Source: Spirochaetales bacterium (GTDB lineage: Bacteria; Spirochaetota; Spirochaetia; Treponematales; UBA12059). Taken from it: DNA of 40,093 nt. The position numbers and the translations under genes are program-made. The notes beneath the pieces were generated by a model, which ran no database searches, was not told the DNA's origin, and saw nothing but the letters and a program-made list of their open reading frames with translations. Below are positions 33,422-40,093 of this stretch, piece after piece. Every line of letters begins with the position of its first letter. Position 1 is the first letter of the stretch. The DNA lies in assembly GCA_016928955.1 (NCBI GenBank), contig JAFGJV010000048.1:62001-102093 (forward strand), in the 5' to 3' direction.

Positions 33422-36400
33422 CTAGCCGCGGGCTATGCGGCCAAAAACCGACAGGCTCACGCAACGCTCTCGGCAGGCGTCGGTGGGCAGGCTATCCAGC
33501 TCCAGGTCCAGAAGTCTCCTGGCCTCAGCAAGGTAGTCGTCGCGGTCTTCCCAGCGAAGCTCCGCTACCGCGGCCTGGCCATCCTTTTCAGCTCGCTCCA
33601 TGTCGGCGCCCGATTCCAGGAGTATCCACGCAAAATACATCCAGCGTGCCGTGACCGCGCGATCCCGGTACACGGGAGCCCCGAGTATGGGCGACGCGTC
33701 CCTCACAAAGAAGGCGAACTCGTCGCGGTCGCCGTCCAGGAAGGCCAGCTCCGCCAGGGTCACCTCGGCCGAGAACATGGCGCTGTAGTTGCCGCACAGG
33801 GCGGCCGTCTCCAGGGCCGCCTGGGCTGTGGCCCTGGCTTCCTTGCGCTGTCCCGCCAGGAGCCGCGCCCAGGCGAGGAGGGCGCCGGTATGCGCCCGTT
33901 CGCCCAGGTTGCGCGCCTGGGCCAGGTGGTAGTCGGCGGACGCCAGGGAGCGCGACGACAATTCGTCGTCACCCGACAGCCTGTAGGCAAGCCCCAGGGC
34001 CGCGTAATAGCCCACGGCCAGCTCGGCCTCAAAGCCGCAGAACAGCGATCCCGCGTTCTCCATGCCGAGCACGTCGTCTATGCTGAAATCCCGGAGGCTC
34101 TCGGCTATGGCGTGGGCCCGGCGCTTGCACACCTCGTCCTCGTCGCCCTGGCTCTCGGCCAAGGCTATGAGGCGGCCGTTCCAGAGCACGGCGTCCGCGT
34201 GCTCGCCCTTCATTTCCGTCCAGGTGACCATGGCGCTGGCATAGAACGTCTCGCCGCGCCCGTCCGAGCGGTCGATGCGCTCAAGCACGGCGCGGGCCTC
34301 GTCAAACTCGTTGAGGCCCAGGTAGCAGAAAGACAGGAAGTAGCGCGCATTGGACGCGCCCCGCTCGTTGCCCGCGCCTTCGTAGGCGTCCAGGGCCTTG
34401 CGGCCGTACAGCACCGCCGAACGGTAATCCATGTCCATGTAGTAGGTGGTCATGAACAGGTGGTAGCACCGGGCCAGATAGAAGCGCTTGCGGGCGCGCA
34501 GGGCCAGGCGGTACATGCGTTGCACGATGTCCCCAAGGCCATCGTACACGCGGTTGTTGAAGTAGGTGGCGTACTTGATGAAGTGTAGCTCGATGAGCTC
34601 TCCGAGCCGCTCGGGCGGGCAATGGTCGATCAGGGTTTGCACGACATCGGCGCCCTGCAACGGCAGGGCCGGGCGCTCGTCCACCAGAAAGGCGCGGGCT
34701 GCCGACCAGTTCTCCGCAGCCGCCAGATGGTAGAACACGTCTACCGGTTTCTTGTCGTCGCGCAGGAGCTCTGCCGCTATGGAGTGCAGGACCCGCCGGT
34801 TGTGGATGAGGAGCGACGAGTATACGGCGTCTTTCACGATGCCGTGCTTGAAGGTCCACGCGCCCTCCGCTCCCCGCGTGAGCACCCGCTCGTCAACCAG
34901 GCGGGCAAGGCGCTCGGGTACCGCGGCAGGATCGCCGCCGGTGCGCCTGCACAGCTCGGCAGCGAAGGCGTCCGTAAACGGGAAGCGCAGCACGGACAGC
35001 TGTTGGGCCAGGGCGCGGTCGTCGGGGTCCAGGCGGTCCAGGGCTGCCAATATGGTGGTCTGTATGCTCTCAGGCACCGTGCTGGCGTCCCGGCTGGACA
35101 GGACCAGCTTGACGTACTCCTCGATGAAGAGGGGATAACCCTGGGCCCGGTCCACGATCAGGCGAATGGCGTCCTCATTCAGGTTTTCGGAACCCAGGGC
35201 GCGGGCCAGGGCCGCCGCGTCGTCGTCGCCCAAGGGCTCAAGGACCACCCGAGTTTCGGCGCCGAATACCGCCGCCGCGCTCTCGTGGGCCATCCTGTCG
35301 CACAGCACCACGAAGGGCCGCTGTTGGGCCCGCGCAAAATACCCGCGGAAAAACTCCAGGCTACGCTCGTCCGTGGCCCGAGCGTTGTCCACAAAGACCA
35401 CGTCGGGGTAACGGTCGCCGTCGGACGCGAGCATGGCGTCGTATAGGGCGGCAACCGCGGCGGCAAAGCGGCTCTCCCCCGCGGGACGCTCGCTGGGCTT
35501 CCACAGACCGTAGGCGTCACGCAGGAATTCCTCCGCCAGCCCGGCGTGTTCACGGGCCGCCGCCGAGAATTCCTCAAAGCTGGCGTCCGAGCGCACGTCC
35601 AGAAAATCAGCCGCCGCGTGCAGGAGGGCGGAATAGTCGGAATTGCCAAAGCTGGACGGATTGACGGCCAGGAACGTGGCGCGGAAATCCGGAAAGCCCT
35701 TGAGCCTGGCCCAGAATTCGGCCACCAGGCGGGTCTTTCCTATGCCGCCGTCGCCCACAATGTACACGCCGCGGCTCTCACCCCGCATGTGCCGCACGTA
35801 TTCCGTGGTCAGGAGCTCCAAGGGCTCCTTGCGGTCCACAAAGGGCGTGGTATAGTCGAACATGGCCTTGCGGCGCGCCAGGGCCTGGTACGCAAGGACG
35901 CGCTCCTCCTTGCCCTTGAGCGACAGGCTCTGGGCATCGGAAAACACGAACAGTTTGTCGCAACTGTCCCGCACGGCCTGCGACACCAAGACGCCGTTCG
36001 GTGGCGCCGAGCTCTGCAGGCGAGACGCCACCGCCAGCGTATGGCCGGTCACCACGTCAAAGCTGCCCCGTTTGCCGGTGGCCACAAGGCCGGAATGTAT
36101 GCCCGTGCGGAACTGTATGCCGTCCGGGAAATCGCTCCCCGTCTTCCTCAGGGCGGCGTAGAATTCCAGGGCTGAATCTATGGCGCGGGCCGCGTCGTCC
36201 TCATGTATCTCGGGCAGGCCGAACACGGCAACCATGGCGTCGCCTATGTATTTTTCCACATAGCCGCCGTGCTTGCGCACGATGCCCTCAAAACGCGAGA
36301 ACACCCTGGTCATCAGGGTGTCCATCTCCTCGGGGTCCGAGCGTTCCGACAGGGCGGTAAACCCCTTCATGTCGGAAAACAGTACCGTGACCGTACGCCG

Positions 36401-36481
36401 CTCGCCCTCCTTGAGCGCCATGCCATCCGGCGAGAACGAGAGCGCTGGCAGGTCCGGTCCGTGGTCGTCTTGGTCGCTCAT
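33422..36481 (-). CDS. Class III adenylate/guanylate cyclase domain + AAA/STAND-type P-loop NTPase + TPR-like helical region
   Basis: ERRTVTVLFSDMKGFT, EKYIGDAMVAVFG, HEDDAARA, RTGIHSG, Walker A GDGGIGKTRL, GYPLFIEE, ALDRLD and FKHGIVKDAVY motifs, followed by an Ala-rich helical C-terminus. Confidence 0.9.
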   Translation of the reverse strand: MSDQDDHGPDLPALSFSPDGMALKEGERRTVTVLFSDMKGFTALSERSDPEEMDTLMTRVFSRFEGIVRKHGGYVEKYIGDAMVAVFGLPEIHEDDAARAIDSALEFYAALRKTGSDFPDGIQFRTGIHSGLVATGKRGSFDVVTGHTLAVASRLQSSAPPNGVLVSQAVRDSCDKLFVFSDAQSLSLKGKEERVLAYQALARRKAMFDYTTPFVDRKEPLELLTTEYVRHMRGESRGVYIVGDGGIGKTRLVAEFWARLKGFPDFRATFLAVNPSSFGNSDYSALLHAAADFLDVRSDASFEEFSAAAREHAGLAEEFLRDAYGLWKPSERPAGESRFAAAVAALYDAMLASDGDRYPDVVFVDNARATDERSLEFFRGYFARAQQRPFVVLCDRMAHESAAAVFGAETRVVLEPLGDDDAAALARALGSENLNEDAIRLIVDRAQGYPLFIEEYVKLVLSSRDASTVPESIQTTILAALDRLDPDDRALAQQLSVLRFPFTDAFAAELCRRTGGDPAAVPERLARLVDERVLTRGAEGAWTFKHGIVKDAVYSSLLIHNRRVLHSIAAELLRDDKKPVDVFYHLAAAENWSAARAFLVDERPALPLQGADVVQTLIDHCPPERLGELIELHFIKYATYFNNRVYDGLGDIVQRMYRLALRARKRFYLARCYHLFMTTYYMDMDYRSAVLYGRKALDAYEGAGNERGASNARYFLSFCYLGLNEFDEARAVLERIDRSDGRGETFYASAMVTWTEMKGEHADAVLWNGRLIALAESQGDEDEVCKRRAHAIAESLRDFSIDDVLGMENAGSLFCGFEAELAVGYYAALGLAYRLSGDDELSSRSLASADYHLAQARNLGERAHTGALLAWARLLAGQRKEARATAQAALETAALCGNYSAMFSAEVTLAELAFLDGDRDEFAFFVRDASPILGAPVYRDRAVTARWMYFAWILLESGADMERAEKDGQAAVAELRWEDRDDYLAEARRLLDLELDSLPTDACRERCVSLSVFGRIARG

Positions 36482-36487
36482 CCGTAT

Positions 36488-36516
36488 AGGTTAATCCCTG
36501 GGTGGGCGCTTGGCAA
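36488..36516 (-). promoter_or_regulatory. Putative promoter of the cyclase-STAND gene, leaderless configuration
   Basis: TTGCCA(36516-36511)-17-TAACCT(36493-36488), 6 nt before ATG 36481, no SD. Confidence 0.6.
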
Positions 36517-36597
36517 CAGAACCTTTTCCGGCTTGGCGACGCCTGGTCCTCCGCCGCCCGGGGAAGACCGCCGGGTCGTACCGTTACGTCGGCGCAC

Positions 36598-36628
36598 AAA
36601 AAAAGGCGGCCGTCCAAGCGGCCGCCTT
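36598..36628 (-). terminator. Rho-independent terminator downstream of the DUF4332 gene
   Basis: Minus strand GGCGGCCG-cttgga-CGGCCGCC followed by a run of Ts. Confidence 0.8.
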
Positions 36629-36694
36629 CCTCACAGAGCGGGCCCTTGGCATGCCGGAACCCGATCCTGCGCTCGTCCCTTTAGGAGGGGAACT

Positions 36695-37099
36695 TCAATA
36701 CGTCACCACGCGCGGCAGGGCCTTGGCCTGCTTTACCCAGTCCTCAACGCGGGACAGGCTGGGGAGCTGGCGTACCAGCTTCTTTTTGTCGTTCGTGGCC
36801 TTCATGGCCTCTGCCAAATTAGCCGCCTTGCGTCCGGCCAGCTCCACCACGGTGTCCACGCCCGCCTCCTCAAGGAGATCGGCGTACTCGGAGCCCACGC
36901 CCTTGATGCGGTACAGGTCGCAGTGGTTGACCCACTCAAGGATCAGCTTGTCAGAAAGCCCCGTGTCCTTGGCTATCTTTTTCCGGCCGTCGGGCTTGGC
37001 ACCCTTGGCCAAAAGGTCGTTGGTCCCGCGCACGCCCGCTTTTTTCAGCGTGTCGGCGTACTTCTTGCCGATGCCCTCAATGTCCTCAAGCTTGGCCAT
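36695..37099 (-). CDS. DUF4332-domain protein (helix-hairpin-helix, putative nucleic-acid binding)
   Basis: LEDIEGIG, WVNHCDLYRIKGVG, LLEEAGVDTVVELA and WVKQAK motifs. GAGGGG SD. Confidence 0.88.
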   Translation of the reverse strand: MAKLEDIEGIGKKYADTLKKAGVRGTNDLLAKGAKPDGRKKIAKDTGLSDKLILEWVNHCDLYRIKGVGSEYADLLEEAGVDTVVELAGRKAANLAEAMKATNDKKKLVRQLPSLSRVEDWVKQAKALPRVVTY

Positions 37100-37186
37100 G
37101 TGATTCGTCCCCTCGCGTATAATGATGCGGCAACACCCGGTTCCCGTCGAGCCGTCCGCCTGGAGGCGGCCACCCCGTTATTAAAT

Positions 37187-37215
37187 ACTATAAGCCCCAT
37201 CCAGCCGTACGTCAA
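37187..37215 (-). promoter_or_regulatory. Putative sigma70 promoter of the DUF4332 gene
   Basis: TTGACG(37215-37210)-17-TATAGT(37192-37187). Confidence 0.7.
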
Positions 37216-37290
37216 TTTTAGGCGCATGCATGCCGTGCACTACCCACCCCTCCACGGTATCCGGGCGCCGCGCCTGGGCCCTTCCCGCGC

Positions 37291-37319
37291 TTGCCACGCG
37301 CATCCATTCATAGTAACAT
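37291..37319 (+). promoter_or_regulatory. Putative sigma70 promoter upstream of the structured element and GT-like gene
   Basis: TTGCCA(37291-37296)-17-TAACAT(37314-37319). Confidence 0.6.
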
Positions 37320-37324
37320 TGCGC

Positions 37325-37520
37325 CGCGGCCGCCATTCGGGCTCAATCCGTTATCCGGCTTCCAGTTTTTTCACACTACCCGCCGTCCGGCATCGCAGCC
37401 AGACTCATCGAGACCGCCTGTCCCCTGGAAGCCGCGTGGAACGTTTGCCGTTCATGCACGCAGCGTGCGAGGCTGAGAGCGCGTCCTTTTTTTTGAGCCC
37501 GAAAATCCCCCCTGGCCGCG
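37325..37520. ncRNA. Candidate structured RNA / long 5' leader (unclassified)
   Basis: Nested perfect inverted repeats: 37325-31/37514-20 (7 bp), 37336-46/37493-503 (11 bp) and 37356-65/37425-34 (10 bp), plus internal hairpins. Confidence 0.4.
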
Positions 37521-37540
37521 TGATCGGTGGTTTTAAGCCC

Positions 37541-38773
37541 ATGAAGATAGGAATAGGTTTCGTAACTGGCCGCGTAGGCTTCAGGCATCTCTTCAAGACC
37601 TACGTCAACAACTGGAACGAACACGGCTTTCTCCGTGATGAGGACGCCCATCTTCACCTGTTTGTCGCCTACGACCTCTCGTATTCAGGCACCACCCGCG
37701 CGGATTACAGCCGCGTGGATCCCGCCCTCGCGGCCAGGCTGGACAGCCTCTCGTACTTCGGCACCACGGCCATACGCGACGAGCGGAGGATGCTGGTCAA
37801 CCACGGCGTGCTGAGCGCGGAAGAGTCCGAGCTACTGTTCGGAGAAGGCTACGGAAAAAAGAGGAACGCCGTCGTATGGCACGCCATCAAAGCCGGTATG
37901 GACAGGCTTCTGTTCATCGATGATGACGAGTATCCGCTTGCGGCCGTTCGCGGCGACCCCATCAGCTGGCACGGCCAGTCCATCCTCAGCTGCCATCTTA
38001 AGGCGTCTGAACACGCGGATATCACGCACGGCAGGCATTGCGGGTACGTGTCGCCCATACCCAGGATCGGCTTTGACCGGCGGCTTACGGAAACAATGTT
38101 CGCCGAATTCATAGAGGCCCTGTCAAACGACATCGTCACCTGGGACAAGACCCGCCGGATCGTCCTTGAGGACGGCGGGGTCACCTACGCCGACGAATCC
38201 GTTATCAGGTCGGGCGTGACCGAAGAGGTACCCCTGGTAAAGGGCATGAAATTCATCAGCGGCGCGAACCTCTGCCTCAACCTCAGGCGCGGTGGCGGCG
38301 ACGCGCCCTTCTTCAACCCGCCGGAAGCCAGAGGAGAGGACACCTTTCTTTCCACCTGCCTCGCGGACAAAAAAGTCGTGCGCGTCCCAGCGTACACCTT
38401 CCATGACGCGTACCTCCGTTACCAGACGCTTCTCCACGGCGTTCTGCCGCGTTCCCTGTCAGCCGTTGAGGCGGACGATACCCGCATCGTCAAGCGTTTC
38501 GCCAAGGCCGCCCTGGGCTGGACGCGCTACAAGCCCCTGCTCACCTGGGTAAGCGACCCCGGGCGCTACCAGGAAACCATCGAGTTCATGGAAGCCACGT
38601 TCACCAAGCTCGCGCCCGTCCTGCACGCGCGTTTCGGGTTGCCGGAATTCTCCCGCCTGGTCCCCGAGCTCAAGCGCTTCTCCAGACGCGTCCAGGAACA
38701 CGCCGACATGTTCGAGCGCACCAAGGAAGCGTGGAACAAGGCGCTTGCCTGGGCCAAATCCCAGCGCCCGTAG
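37541..38773 (+). CDS. Hypothetical protein, possible GT-A-fold glycosyltransferase-like
   Basis: 410-aa ORF from ATG 37541 with GYGKKRN, LFIDDDEYP (DxD), ISGANLCLNL and RGEDT motifs. The ORF-track extension to 36203 is spurious. Confidence 0.7.
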   Translation: MKIGIGFVTGRVGFRHLFKTYVNNWNEHGFLRDEDAHLHLFVAYDLSYSGTTRADYSRVDPALAARLDSLSYFGTTAIRDERRMLVNHGVLSAEESELLFGEGYGKKRNAVVWHAIKAGMDRLLFIDDDEYPLAAVRGDPISWHGQSILSCHLKASEHADITHGRHCGYVSPIPRIGFDRRLTETMFAEFIEALSNDIVTWDKTRRIVLEDGGVTYADESVIRSGVTEEVPLVKGMKFISGANLCLNLRRGGGDAPFFNPPEARGEDTFLSTCLADKKVVRVPAYTFHDAYLRYQTLLHGVLPRSLSAVEADDTRIVKRFAKAALGWTRYKPLLTWVSDPGRYQETIEFMEATFTKLAPVLHARFGLPEFSRLVPELKRFSRRVQEHADMFERTKEAWNKALAWAKSQRP

Positions 38774-38920
38774 GAAAGGTCAGCAGCGCATCTTTATGCG
38801 CCTCCATGAATAAGCGCTCCGTCTTGACCGCATTCCCCGCCCGTGCTATACCCGAAAAACCCCGGACAAGCCGGGCGAGCCGACGGCCATGCCGTCGCAG
38901 CCAAAAGGAGGACATCCGCC

Positions 38921-39922
38921 ATGCCCGTCAACCTCAAAGGACGCAGTTTCCTTACCCTCAAGGATTTTACCACCGAGGAAATCCGTTACCTTCTGGACCT
39001 GTCGCACGAACTGAAGGCCAAGAAGCGCTCAGGCATACGGGGCGACCTCCTTGACCGCCGCAACATCGTGCTCATTTTCGACAAGGCCAGCACCCGCACC
39101 CGCTGCGCCTTTGAGACAGCCTGCTGGGACGAGGGCGGCAACGTCACCTTCCTGACCAACAGCCAGATGGGCAAGAAGGAATCCGTGGAGGACACCGCCA
39201 AGGTGCTCGGCCGCATGTACGACGGCATCCAGTACCGCGGCTTCTCCCAGAAGCTCGTTGAGGATCTGGCCAAGTACTCGGGCGTGCCCGTGTGGAACGG
39301 CCTGACCGACGACGACCACCCCACGCAGATCCTCGCGGACCTGTTGACCATTGAGGAGCATGTAGCCAAGCCCCTCTCCAAGGTCAAGATGGTCTACTGC
39401 GGTGACGCCCGCAACAACATGGGCAACGCCCTGATGATCGGCAGCGCCAAGATGGGCATGCACTTCGTCGCCCTGGCCCCCAAGGAGCTCTGGCCCAATG
39501 AACAGCTCACGGCCGAGATGAAAAAGGTAGCCGCGGCCACGGGCGGCACGATCGAGTTCTTCGACATCTCCCAGAAGGACGCCGCGCTCAAAGGTGCCGA
39601 CGTGCTGTACACCGATGTGTGGGTATCCATGGGCGAGGAAGCCAAGTTCGCCGAGCGCATCGCCCAGCTTAAGGACTACCGCGTCACCATGGACTTCATC
39701 AAGCGCACGGGCAACCCCGACTGCGTGTTCCTCCACTGCCTGCCCGCCTTCCACGACCAGGAAACCGAGGTCGGCCGCCAGGTGGGCAAGGATCACGGCG
39801 TTCTTGAGCAGGAAGTGAGCGACGAGGTGTTCCGCAGCCGCCACAGCGTGGTGTTCGACGAGGCCGAAAACAGGCTGCATACCATCAAGGCCGTTATGGT
39901 AGCCACCATCGGAAGGCAGTAA
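38921..39922 (+). CDS. argF: Ornithine carbamoyltransferase (anabolic vs catabolic role not resolvable)
   Basis: [24 protein letters not shown] and DEAENRLH motifs. AGGAGG SD before ATG 38921. Confidence 0.95.
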   Translation: MPVNLKGRSFLTLKDFTTEEIRYLLDLSHELKAKKRSGIRGDLLDRRNIVLIFDKASTRTRCAFETACWDEGGNVTFLTNSQMGKKESVEDTAKVLGRMYDGIQYRGFSQKLVEDLAKYSGVPVWNGLTDDDHPTQILADLLTIEEHVAKPLSKVKMVYCGDARNNMGNALMIGSAKMGMHFVALAPKELWPNEQLTAEMKKVAAATGGTIEFFDISQKDAALKGADVLYTDVWVSMGEEAKFAERIAQLKDYRVTMDFIKRTGNPDCVFLHCLPAFHDQETEVGRQVGKDHGVLEQEVSDEVFRSRHSVVFDEAENRLHTIKAVMVATIGRQ

Positions 39923-40017
39923 AACAGGTTCCTGGAAGCGCGGAGAGGGAGGCACGAGAGCCCATCCTTCGCACGACACCATGCAGACAAACAGGCCGCC
40001 CCCTTAGGGGGCCACTG

Positions 40018-40065
40018 AAAAAGACCGCGAAGTTGTGCAAGAGCATGACTTCGCGGTTTTCTTTT
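40018..40065 (+). terminator. Rho-independent terminator after the OTCase gene
   Basis: ACCGCGAAGTTGTGC-aaga-GCATGACTTCGCGGT stem (with G-U pairs) followed by TTTCTTTT. Confidence 0.75.
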
Positions 40066-40093
40066 GGAAGCGCTTCGGTCGGAGGTGATGGAA

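Noticed and set aside
37380..37450. c-di-GMP-I or cobalamin riboswitch-like words (GGCAAA, GGUCU; AGCCAG...GAGACC)
   Set aside because: Required core elements (GCAAAG and GNRA receptor; B12 box and GGGAA) are absent. Kept only as an unclassified structure.
36203..37540. N-terminal half of the 856-aa ORF
   Set aside because: Overlaps the cyclase and DUF4332 genes antisense and crosses promoters and a terminator. The real gene starts at 37541.
40081..40093. GGAGGTGATG at the right edge as a gene start
   Set aside because: The SD-ATG spacing is too short and the sequence is truncated, so no CDS can be supported.

Overview
GC-rich bacterial chromosomal window, most likely from a spirochaete. 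That inference rests on a DUF5312-like gene, spirochaete-style lipoproteins and a giant FlgD-Ig/CTD-terminated surface protein. It holds about 23 genuine CDSs. Housekeeping/metabolic genes: glmS, group I birA, hflX, an alanine aminotransferase, parvulin, a long-chain acyl-CoA ligase, ornithine carbamoyltransferase, an M20 peptidase and a heterodimeric ABC exporter. It also has several poorly characterised genes. I found no rRNA, tRNA, CRISPR array or transposase. Most notable: (1) a threonine-aldolase::SagB/ThcOx-type flavoenzyme fusion in an operon with an aminotransferase, parvulin and a DUF362 Fe-S protein; (2) a 3599-aa mosaic beta-helical surface protein with a T9SS-CTD/FlgD-like tail; (3) at least six genes with sigma70 -10 boxes 6-8 nt from the start codon and no SD, i.e. 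apparent leaderless mRNAs; (4) a ~195-nt nested inverted-repeat RNA-like element upstream of a GT-A-like orphan; (5) a glmS leader with partial glmS-ribozyme-like motifs; (6) two apparent pseudo-enzymes, a Ser->Asn hydrolase and an Asn->Ala cyclase-STAND protein. All family calls come from motif recognition by eye; no searches were run.
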